This document shows, piece after piece, positions 24,031 through 33,929 of a DNA stretch of 36,693 nucleotides. Positions within the stretch are counted from its first letter, which is position 1, and each line of letters opens with the position of its first letter. This stretch comes from Octopus bimaculoides (taxonomy: Eukaryota), in contig NC_068981.1 in NCBI RefSeq assembly GCF_001194135.2, positions 73,186,016 to 73,222,708 on the forward strand, in the 5' to 3' direction. A program made the translations under genes and the position numbers. The notes beneath the pieces are model-generated. The model saw only the letters and a list, made by a program, of their open reading frames with translations. It did not search any database and was not told the origin of the DNA.

Positions 24031-24754
24031 TATACACATACATACATAGTAATAATGACAATAATCTTTGGATGGAATTTATAAATATTTTAATGCATCA
24101 CTGCACATATTTCTGCAGCTCAGTGTCTCTTAAGATCACAGTCTGTATTCCTGGGTTGATGACAGTGTAGTCCATAGTGCCCGTGGGTATTGGGTTGATC
24201 ATCTTCATGGATTCATTTCTTCAGGCGATATAACATTAATGGATGTTTAACAGAGGGATGTTTAATCCCTTTTGACCAGTGCAAAGGTTGATTGAGTTAT
24301 GTGTGTATTCCTGTGTGCATTTGGCGAGAAGGAGGGAAAGGTGATGGAAAGAAAGGCAGGGATGGTCGTTATATGGAGAAGGAGGTGTATGTGGTTATGT
24401 TGAACTTATTTTGCTGTTCAGACTGCAGATGTCAAGGATGGGTGGTACATTCTTTTGTTTGGTGTCATTTGAGGCATGAGTGTCTTTAATGAATTCTCAA
24501 GTAAACAGGTCAGCTGGTACAGATCGAACAAAGGAATGTGATACCCATCCTTGGCATCTGCAGACTGAATAGCAAAATAAGTCCAACATCACCACACACA
24601 CCTACTTCCCCATATAACTACCATTCATTCCTCTCTTTCCATTACCTTCCCCTCCTTCCCATCAAATACACACAGGAATACACACATAACTCAATCAACC
24701 TTCGCACTGGTCAAAAGAGATAAACATCTCTCTGTTAAACATCCATTAATACTA

Positions 24755-24952
24755 TATCGCCTGAAGAAATGAATCCATGAAAATGATCAACCTTTTCATG
24801 GATGCCCACAGACACTACGGACACACAGACACTACGGATGCCCACAGACACTACGGATGCCCACAGACACTACGGATTACGCTGTAATCATCCCAGGAAT
24901 ATGGTCTGTGATCTTAAGAGACATGCGATTTGTGGAAACGGCCGTAGCGATG
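24755..24952 (+). ncRNA. Type I hammerhead ribozyme motif (PLE-type, palindromic stem III), possibly inactive
   Basis: Stem I ATCGC (24756-60) / GCGAT (24947-51). Core CTGAAGA 24761-67. Stem II ATGAATCCATG (24769-79) pairs with CATGCGATTTGT (24922-33) with one bulge. GAAAC 24935-39, GGCC, GTA with predicted cleavage after 24946. The closing 10.1-11.1 pair is A.G (non-canonical). Confidence 0.72.
24800..24877 (+). repeat. 19-bp minisatellite (GGATGCCCACAGACACTAC) x4, one unit 17 bp
   Basis: Read directly. Only one diverged unit exists in the opposite arm (~24165-24195). Confidence 0.95.
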
Positions 24953-25133
24953 CATTGAATGTTTATAAATTCCATCCAAATATTATTATTATTATTATTA
25001 CTATGTTTATCCTACATTATATCGGTACTGTTCAATGCAACCTCAGAAAATTGGTCCACCAGTCAACATCATTAGACAGTGGCCAGTATAAGGGAACAGG
25101 AACTTTGTTTGAATATTGAAAATGATTTAAAAG

Positions 25134-25167
25134 ATGTGTGTATATGTGTGTGTGTATGTGTGTGTGT

Positions 25168-25206
<39 letters not shown>

Positions 25207-25221
25207 TGTGTGTGTGTGTGC
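25134..25221. repeat. (GT)n microsatellite
   Basis: Read directly. Confidence 0.95.
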
Positions 25222-25661
25222 AACGTATACCATTGCTAGGGGGGGATTACTGATGGCGATAGATTAGCAGAATAAGCAGAGCTTCGTGATGTTGAGTTAC
25301 ATTCATTTACACTCGTCTAAGCGTTTCCTCGGAATAGAATTGGTGAATTACCTATCGTTCAGGAACTAAAGCTCATAGAATTATTGCATGGTCTGACTTG
25401 TACCTAAGTTAGAAATCAATATCTAATATTACCAAAGTGGACAAATCTTACTTCACGACGCTGTTGTTAAAGTGTTAATTACTTGGTGTCTCCGCTATAT
25501 GCACCATTGAACTGAGATCATTCATGATAATAATTTTACAGCTAGGTGTACAAAGTTATCAATAATTGTTGATCTGTTATTTCTGATGGTTTTAGTCAAA
25601 GATACTATGTAACACCAATGACGGTAACTCAACTGAAATGAATTTGTTTTACCCATACTGT

Positions 25662-25701
25662 GTCACGCCGCGTCACGCCACGTCACGCCGCGTCACGCCA
25701 C
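25662..25701. repeat. 10-bp tandem repeat GTCACGCC(G/A)C x4
   Basis: Read directly. Alternating G/A variants give a 20-bp dimer x2. Confidence 0.93.
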
Positions 25702-26475
25702 TAATGTTACTAAGAAAGCATGATCGTTATAAGATTTCGTTGGCCGTACTTCTAAATGTCTGGCCTCATGCTGAGATCGGAAATTCCAATTATAATTTTC
25801 AACACTATTGGATGCAGCTGATACAATAGAAAGCTTCCAAAGATGTTCAATTACCCCATATCCGGTATCTTTACTAAATGCTAGCTTCAAACTTGTCTAT
25901 CACTCTTTTCCATTGATATCATTGTTTGTTGTAATTACTAATTCACGTTATATTCGCTCTGTTTTACCATATTAATATTAAAATGAAAGAAATCAATTGT
26001 TCTCATTTCTTATTTTTAGAGAAAGAAAAGATAGAATGACTGCAGCGCTAGAGCGATCGACTAAATCCTTAATAATATTTTAATGTGGTTTTCTTTAACC
26101 TTCTGACTTCAAATTCCGTCATGGTCGACTTAACCTTTCACCTTCCCCGGCAATTAAATAAATACCGGTAATAGTTTATGTTAGGATTGATTGAATCGAT
26201 AATACCCTTCCTCAGTAACTGCTGAGTCATAAGCCTTCTTACAATGTAAGAAACAATTGTTTCTTAACATTTTTATACACTTCAACTATTTATCAGTTTA
26301 CCACCCCAACTCCACTTCTATCTCCACTCAATTATCATGTAAAAGTGTCGTGTATTGAGCTCCTAATGAATATATAACAAATGCTGTACATTTGTTTAAA
26401 TAATTAAAAACCGCCAGTCATATGGCATGTATGAATTTTATGTGGACTCGTCCGTTTTCTTTTTTCATATATATA

Positions 26476-26689
26476 TTCTTTTCTACTCTAGGCACAAGGC
26501 CCGAAATTTTGGGGGAATTGGCCAGTAGATTAGATCGACTCAGTACGCAACTGGTACTTAATTTGTTGGCCTCCAAAGGACGAAAGGAAAAGCCGACCTC
26601 GGCGGAATTTGAACTCAGAACATAAAGACAGACGAAATACCGCTAAGCATTTCGCCCGGCGTGCTAACGTTTCTGCCAGCTCGCCGCCT
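26476..26689 (-). mobile_element. SINE family B, full length
   Basis: Minus-strand AGGCGGCGAGCTGGCAGAAACGTTAGCACGCCGGGCGAAATGCTTAGCGG..GAGTTCAAATTCCGCCGAGGTCG. Confidence 0.9.
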
Positions 26690-27546
26690 TCGTTGGTATT
26701 ATTATTATTTTATGTATTACTTGTATCTATACTGTTGAATTTATTGTTGAATATTTGTTGTTTTTGTGTTGTTAAAACAATTTGTTTTGCTGCCTTGCAG
26801 CAGTGTTGTTAACATTTCCCCCTTTGTTTGAGGAGGAAGCGCTGTGTTATTGTCATGGAATACGAGAGCATGAGTTCGTCAGATATAATATCGTCGTCGT
26901 CGAACATGGACAGAAAAATGGAAGAAAAGAATTTTCCAACGAGAAAATACGTTTTGTGAGAAGGGAGCTGGAAAGGTGCAAGGAATTAATACGAAGAGAG
27001 GGGCACGAAGTTAAGGTGACACCTCCTAGTGAGATTACAAGATTAACGATGGTGAAGACAATTTTGTATAGGACGTGCGGAAGACACGTATGAAAGGAAT
27101 GGTGACAAGTGTCTTCATCTTCGGTCTGGGGTTGGTAAACTTCTTTGTTTTTCACCTCAGAAGGAAAATAAGGCTGAAGAGGAGATGCTTTTCACCTAGT
27201 ACATACGGAAAAAGATGGAAGGAAGGTGCGAATATGCTGAGAGTAAATGAACCTACTTGAGCAAGAACATAAAGGTAATCAAAGAGCTCAGTGGTGGAAC
27301 GGGGCTTGTCGAACCCGTCCCCACTTCCTTTTGTTATTTCATTTCGTTTATTCATATCAAATTTTAATTATATGTTATGCATCTTGTTCATCATGCGATC
27401 CCCGACTCCCTGACGTTGTATTGTCTCTCTATGTTGGTCCCTCGTGGACAATAAAGGATTAACAATTGATATTGTCCCTGAAAGTTGTTTTTATATTTAT
27501 TACGGATTGCTTGAAGCTAACTTTCTTCCTATACCTCGATCCCTGG

Positions 27547-27611
<65 letters not shown>
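27547..27611. repeat. (AT)n(GT)n microsatellite
   Basis: Read directly. Confidence 0.95.
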
Positions 27612-27614
<3 letters not shown>

Positions 27615-27900
27615 GTTACGTGACTTAGTGGTTAGGGTATTCGATCGTAAAGACGTGAGTTCGATTCCCGGCGGTGCGTTGTATCTTTGAGCAAGACACC
27701 TTATTTCACGTTGCTTTACCCAACTCAACTGGCAAAAATGAGTTGTATCTCTAATTCAAAAGGGCTGAATCACTCTGAGAATTATGTTAAGGTCACGTGC
27801 GTTTGTGAAGTGCTCAGGCACTTGCACGCTTATTTCAGGAGTAGGGTGTTCCGTCGATCGGATCGAATGGAACACTCGTCGTCGTGACCGACGGAATACC
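27610..27900 (+). mobile_element. tRNA-headed SINE family A
   Basis: TGACTTAGTGGTTAGG A-box and GAGTTCGATTCCC B-box. Body and tail match 19871-20188. Confidence 0.88.
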
Positions 27901-28122
27901 AGTTATGTATTACATAGATATTAATCAAATTATACATTATGCACTTTATTATGTTTTGTTACGCGCGTGATCCCCCGGACAGTGAAAAAGTTGTCTTGTA
28001 CAAAACCGGGGCTAAAATGTTTCGGGACCACTGCCATATGGTATGTATTTTCCAGATAAATAAATTGTGTCATTTGAAAGTTAAGTATAGGGATCATTTT
28101 AGAGTTATGATAGGGACCATTT

Positions 28123-28301
28123 CAGGCCCGTCTTCAGACTTTGGTGCCTGGGGATGCTTCAAAATATTCTGGGCGGGCTCTAATTTGTAATAATGCTAAA
28201 GTGGGGATTCGAAATAAGTACCTCATTGGAAACCTGAGGGGGCACCATTGAATAGTGAGCGAGCAGTGCCATCCAGTACACCTTCCTTAGCGACGGGCAT
28301 G
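28123..28301. mobile_element. hAT-type MITE
   Basis: TIRs CAGGCCCGTC / reverse complement CATGCCCGTC. 8-bp TSD GACCATTT (28115-22) / GATCATCT (28302-09), 6/8 identical with transitions only. Confidence 0.7.
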
Positions 28302-28402
28302 GATCATCTTTCATGAACAAGGCGAACGTCGGTCATTGAATACGAACTGCGAGTTATTCAAACAAATGAAACAACCGTTAAATTATAGAATGCTACAACT
28401 GT

Positions 28403-28784
28403 TGTTGGCACTCCGTCGCCTACGACGTCGAGGGTTTCAGTTGATCTGATCAACGAAACAGCCTGCTCGTGAAATTAACGTGCCAATGGCTGAGCACTCC
28501 ACAGACACGTATACCCATAACGTAGTTCTCGGGGATATTCAGCGTAACACAGTGTGACAAGGCTGACCCTTTGAATTACAGGCACAACAGAAACAGGAAG
28601 TAAGAGTGAAAGAAAGTTGTGGTGAAAGAGTACAGTAGGGTTCGCCACCATCCCCTGCCGGGGGCTCGTGGAGCTTTAGGTGTTTTCGCTCAATAAACAC
28701 TCACAACGCCCGGTTTGGGAATCGAAACCGCGAGCCTATGACCGCGAGTCCGCGGCCCTAACCACTAGGCCATTGCGCCTCCAC
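28403..28784 (-). mobile_element. tRNA-headed SINE family A variant with a different central module
   Basis: Head GTGGAGGCGCAATGGCCTAGTGGTTAGG..GGTTTCGATTCCC. The central AAAGCTCCACGAG..TCTTACTTCCTG module is absent from 19871 and 27610. Same 3' tail. Confidence 0.9.
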
Positions 28785-29344
28785 ACAACTGCATATAACG
28801 GTGAGCAATTCTTTCATATTGTACCTATTTTTGTTGTAAGTAGATTGAAGTTATTTAAGAGTTAAGCATCTTGGATAGGGATCATCTTCCATCGATAGGG
28901 CGAGCGTCTTTGACTGAATACGAACCACGAACTTATTCAGGCAGTAACGCAAAGCTCTATCTACAAAAATCAGACGCAGCTATCACTTATAAATGAGAAA
29001 ATGCTAAAAATAGAATTTCGAATGTGTGTAGGAAGAGTATGTAAAAATAGAAAATAATCTCTCACGCTCGTTCTTTCCCTGCAAAATAAATAAACGAATA
29101 AATAAAAGAGACAGACAAATTTCAGTAAATGAATGAATATAAAATCAAAGAGACACCGACGTCAATAACAATATAACCCAAACCGTATATATCTAGGCTG
29201 GACAAGTAATATAATTTGAGTGGCTTGCATTTCTAATAGCGATTCTGATGTCACAGTGACGTAGTTAGGGCCGTTGACAAAAATGTCATTTTATCATCAG
29301 GTTGTTGCATAGAAGTATCAATCTATTGGTTACATAGCTACGTT

Positions 29345-29489
29345 CATACATACGTACGTACGTATGTATGCGCGTGCATATGTGTGTGTATGCATGTGAC
29401 GTACGCACATATATGCACGCACGCACGCACGCACGCATGCATGCACACAAAAACCGCATGCATACACGTATGTATGTGTGTGCGCGCAC

Positions 29490-29525
<36 letters not shown>
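29345..29525. repeat. (CATG/CGCA/TA)n degenerate microsatellite
   Basis: Read directly. Confidence 0.9.
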
Positions 29526-30202
29526 NNNNNNNNNNNNNNNNNNNNNNNNNNNNNNNNNNNNNNNNNNNNNNNNNNNNNNNNNNNNNNNNNNNNNNNNNNN
29601 NNNNNNNNNNNNNNNNNNNNNNNNNNNNNNNNNNNNNNNNNNNNNNNNNNNNNNNNNNNNNNNNNNNNNNNNNNNNNNNNNNNNNNNNNNNNNNNNNNNN
29701 NNNNNNNNNNNNNNNNNNNNNNNNNNNNNNNNNNNNNNNNNNNNNNNNNNNNNNNNNNNNNNNNNNNNNNNNNNNNNNNNNNNNNNNNNNNNNNNNNNNN
29801 NNNNNNNNNNNNNNNNNNNNNNNNNNNNNNNNNNNNNNNNNNNNNNNNNNNNNNNNNNNNNNNNNNNNNNNNNNNNNNNNNNNNNNNNNNNNNNNNNNNN
29901 NNNNNNNNNNNNNNNNNNNNNNNNNNNNNNNNNNNNNNNNNNNNNNNNNNNNNNNNNNNNNNNNNNNNNNNNNNNNNNNNNNNNNNNNNNNNNNNNNNNN
30001 NNNNNNNNNNNNNNNNNNNNNNNNNNNNNNNNNNNNNNNNNNNNNNNNNNNNNNNNNNNNNNNNNNNNNNNNNNNNNNNNNNNNNNNNNNNNNNNNNNNN
30101 NNNNNNNNNNNNNNNNNNNNNNNNNNNNNNNNNNNNNNNNNNNNNNNNNNNNNNNNNNNNNNNNNNNNNNNNNNNNNNNNNNNNNNNNNNNNNNNNNNNN
30201 NN

Positions 30203-30249
<47 letters not shown>

Positions 30250-30270
30250 GATAGATAGAGATATGTATAG

Positions 30271-30470
30271 TTTCATTCTTTTACTTGTTTCAGTTATTGG
30301 ACTATGGCCATACTGGAGTACAGCCTTGAAGGATTTTTAGTCGAACGAATCGACCCTAGTACATTTTTACAGCCTGGTGCTTACTCTATCGGCATATTTT
30401 GCTGAACCGCTAGTTACGGGGGACATACGCGAACCAACATCGGTTCTCAAGGAGTGGCGGAGTACAAACA
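30271..30470 (-). mobile_element. SINE family C 3' half (headless)
   Basis: TTTTACTTGTTTCAGT..GGCCATACTGGAG..TGCTGAACCGCTAGTTACGGGG matches the reverse complement of the 3' half of 31943-32300. Confidence 0.8.
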
Positions 30471-30533
30471 TATACGTGAGTGTACACGCATATCACAGGT
30501 ATGCACGTAGGAATGTGTGCAAACGTACATATA

Positions 30534-30750
30534 TTCTTTTATCCTTGTATTTGTTGCAGTCGTTTGACTGTGGCCATGCTGGAGCACTTCCTTTCAGTCG
30601 AACAAATCGACCTCAGCACTTATTCTTTGTAAGCCTATTACTTATTTCGTCGGTCTCTTTAGCCGAACCGCTAGATTATGGGGAGGTGAGCACACCAAGA
30701 TCCGTTGTCAAGCGATGGTGGTGGGATGTGGACAAGCACAGACACAAAGA
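30534..30750 (-). mobile_element. SINE family C 3' half (headless), followed by AT/AC microsatellite to ~31090
   Basis: TTTGACTGTGGCCATGCTGGAGCAC..AATCGACC..TTATTCTTTGTAAGCCTA..GCCGAACCGCTA. Confidence 0.85.
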
Positions 30751-30861
30751 CACACACATAAACACATACATACATACATATGTATATATGTATGCATGTG
30801 TATATATATATACATATATATGTATGTATGTATATATGTATGCATGTGTATATATATATAC

Positions 30862-30893
<32 letters not shown>

Positions 30894-30903
30894 NNNNNNN
30901 NNN

Positions 30904-30939
<36 letters not shown>

Positions 30940-31178
30940 CATACTGACGCACACACATATACATCACACACACACATATATATTGTAGAAAAATGTGTGG
31001 ATACATATATATGCGTGCATGTATGCATGTCTGTGTGAGTGTGTTTTTTGTATGTATGCATGTATATCATAGTCTCTATATATATATCTTCGTTACCTGA
31101 CCAAGCACATGAACGGCGTTGACGCAAGTAATGGAAAACAGAGTTGCGTGCATGTACGCTTACACGCGTTTGACTATA

Positions 31179-31326
31179 TTCTTTTCATTCCTTTATTTGT
31201 TTCAATCATTTGACTGCGGCTATGCTGGAGCACCACTTTAAAAGGGATTTAGACGAAGAAATCGACCCCAGGACTTATTCTTTGTAAGCCTAGTACTTAT
31301 GCAACGAGTCTTTTGCCGAACCGCTA
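31179..31326 (-). mobile_element. SINE family C 3' half, running into a gap
   Basis: Same motif series as 30534-30750. Confidence 0.85.
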
Positions 31327-31789
31327 NNNNNNNNNNNNNNNNNNNNNNNNNNNNNNNNNNNNNNNNNNNNNNNNNNNNNNNNNNNNNNNNNNNNNNNNNN
31401 NNNNNNNNNNNNNNNNNNNNNNNNNNNNNNNNNNNNNNNNNNNNNNNNNNNNNNNNNNNNNNNNNNNNNNNNNNNNNNNNNNNNNNNNNNNNNNNNNNNN
31501 NNNNNNNNNNNNNNNNNNNNNNTATATATATATGTAGATGTAAACACACATACACACACACATATATATATACGTACACACACACACATACATACATACA
31601 TACATACATACATACATACATGTATAGTGGTGCAAACAAGGAAAATACACCTCAAAATATGAGTGTCTGTGTAATTTTATCAATATTTAGCAGAAGCAAT
31701 ACAGTGACTCAAGGTCCTAGAGTTTTGTACGTTGACAGTTAGATTGCTAACACACAAAAACTCTCTCTCTTCTTGCGTATATGTGAGTT

Positions 31790-31807
31790 TGTGTATTTGT
31801 GTGTGTA

Positions 31808-31857
<50 letters not shown>

Positions 31858-31881
31858 TGTGTGTGTGAGAGAGAGAGAGAG
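31790..31881. repeat. (GT)n(GA)n microsatellite
   Basis: Read directly. Confidence 0.95.
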
Positions 31882-31942
31882 TTTCGGTACCAGTCTGGTA
31901 CTGTGTCAATGCAATCAACTAACCACCTCTCCACAACGTTAT

Positions 31943-32300
31943 AGGCGCAGAAGTGGCTATGTGATAAGAAGCTTGCTTCCCAACCACATGCGTAGTACCT
32001 TGGGCAAGTGTCATCTGCTATAGCCTCAGGCCGACCAAAGACTTGTGAGTGGATTCGGTAGACGGCCACTGAAAGAAGCCCATCGTATTTATATATATAT
32101 GCGTGTGTATGTGTATATCTATGTATGTGTACATCTGTGTCTGTTTTTGTTCCACACCAGCGCTTGTTAACCGGTGACGGTCTATTTACGTCCCAGTAAC
32201 TTAACAGTTCGGCAAAAAAGACCGACAGAATGAGTGGTAGGTTTCAAAAAATGTCAAAATGTCCTAGGGTCGATATATTCGACGAAAATTCTTCAAGACG
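31943..32300 (+). mobile_element. SINE family C, near full length, with an internal (AT/GT) microsatellite
   Basis: Head AGGCGCAGAAGTGGCTATGTGATAAG, then CTTGGGCAAGTGTC..GGCCGACCAAAG..TGAAAGAAGCCC, an internal TA/TG tract (32086-32140), and tail TTACGTCCCAGTAACTTAACAGTTCGGCAAAA. Confidence 0.82.
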
Positions 32301-33737
32301 ATGTAGGGGATTACGAGCATGCTCTAGGGGATTAACTTCAAAAATAATAATATAAACCTAGACATCGGTATGAATAAAGCTAAAGCGCACCAAAGAACCA
32401 ATATGAACCCTGTTAATAACAAGAAAACCACGTCATCTAGTCCACACAAACCCTACGCAAGCAACACCAACAGAACAAACAAAAGTAACAGGAAAGTGAA
32501 ACCTAATTATGGAAATATGCAAGATAGCCATAAGCATAACTTCACACGACTCACGAACAAGGAGGGTAGCTTCTATACTAGAAAAAAAAAATACAATACA
32601 AAAATAAACAAAACAGTGATAAAATCTGGCTCGTAATCCTCTACACCATGCACCTCAAATCACACATAGTTCGCTCATTAATGAAAATCATAGATAAACA
32701 CCTAAACATTAATAATAAATACGCAGAATTATTTAGGCATAAAATTAGAGTAGGCCACAGCCTGACCAATAACTTAGCTACAATCATAGCTTCAATAAAT
32801 AAAAAAAGAACTAGACAAATTTATGAAACTAGAAAAATTCTGAACAATAAAAAGAATAACCAACCAAATAATAAGACTAAGCCCACCACGAACGTAGCGC
32901 CTCCTACTAAGATATAGACTTGAACAGTAATAGCCCCTTCCTCACAACATAACACAAACACAGATATACCGAATAATTTATATGGCTGCAGGGACAGAAC
33001 AAAGTGCCATTTCTCAAATAGATGTAAGACAAATAACGTAGTTTACCAATGTGACGTGCACACAAATAGCCAGATGAAATCATATATAGGCGCCACTAAA
33101 AACTAAATGAATCTTAGATATAACGCACAAGGCTAATTCTACTGGGCTCAGTAGATATATTTGGGAACTTAAAGATAAAAAATAGATTATAGATTAAACA
33201 GGTGTATACTCGCTAAAACAACCTCATACAACACCGCCAATAGACGCTGTAACCTCTGTTTATCAGAATGCCTAGCTAGCCTAACGGCTAAATAACTCCT
33301 CCTCAATAGGAAATTTGAGAACCACAAAAATTTTGTCTTGATGTAGTTCTCGTGTCTTTTCAGAGTATATCTAAAATAGTAGGACCCTCTACTATTTCCA
33401 CACTACAATATTCATCTATATAAGTCTAATTAGGTGGGAACAACCTTAAACACTTACACATAAACAATCACACCCCCAATTCCACTCGCCCTCCACATTC
33501 CATAATAATTTACTTTACACCTACATAGGGTCTCTTTTATCACTATGAACATCCTAGACTTTAGCCATAATATAATTTTAAACCACCCTCCCTAGTGTAA
33601 GTAATCCGGTTTGAGTTAGCGCCATTTTCACCCTAAGTTAGAGTTATCCCCCTTCACTTACACCGCCGGTGACTAAAACTCACCGCTGATTAATACACAC
33701 GTGGGCAAAAAATGTGCTTAGTAAAACTAGGGATTCC
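32300..33737 (+). mobile_element. Decayed Penelope-like element (RT thumb region plus GIY-YIG endonuclease plus 3' region)
   Basis: KIWLV..LMKIIDKHLNINNKYAELFRHKIRVGHSLTNNLATIIASINKK (cf. IIWFNPP..LIDKHFP..LFNRNNVKVSYS). GCRDRTKCHFSNRCKTNNVVYQCDVH..KSYIGAT (32984-33097, GIY-YIG). AKTTSYNTANRRCNLCL. Confidence 0.85.
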
Positions 33738-33761
33738 ACATACATACATACATACATACAT

Positions 33762-33792
<31 letters not shown>

Positions 33793-33828
33793 TACATACA
33801 TACATACATACATACATGCATGTATGTA
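33738..33828. repeat. (ACAT)n/(AC)n microsatellite
   Basis: Read directly. Confidence 0.95.
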
Positions 33829-33929
33829 CGTGATTTCATTTGCAGAATCAGAGGTAGGGGTTTCTGATGATGTATCTGCAGGAAGTTGAGTACATATTTG
33901 TGACGTAGTTGAGTATGTTGAGTACATAT

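Larger units (their letters stand above)
24045..25005. repeat. ~960-bp foldback: inverted arms 24045-24461 and 24525-25005 with a 63-bp spacer; probably two inverted Penelope-like 3' ends (pLTRs)
   Basis: The arms are reverse complements (ends CATAGTAATAAT / ATTATTACTATG), about 89% identical over a 260-bp stretch aligned by hand. Both carry hammerhead core motifs and point outward into an ATT-rich tail. The inverted repeat is certain; the Penelope origin is inference. Confidence 0.9.

Noticed and set aside
24800-24877. Short direct repeats as a possible CRISPR array
   Set aside because: Units are head-to-tail with no unique spacers, in a eukaryotic context. It is a minisatellite.
25693-25890. 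Minus-strand 65-aa ORF or small exon (acceptor TTTCTATTGTATCAG)
   Set aside because: No recognisable product, and the donor site is mediocre.
27615-27690. tRNA gene-like A/B boxes (also at 2524, 20100-20188, 28710-28784)
   Set aside because: No complete cloverleaf, and each continues into a shared SINE body.
13075-31742. Many long ORFs in the track (poly-X, YVCM, HTYI, YIYI, SLSL)
   Set aside because: They are artefacts of N gaps and stop-free microsatellites.
33680-33737. Hammerhead candidate at the 3' end of the Penelope-like element (CTGATTA..GTAAAAC)
   Set aside because: Both core words are mutated, there is no NUH plus stem I partner, and the sequence is cut by a microsatellite. At best a relic.
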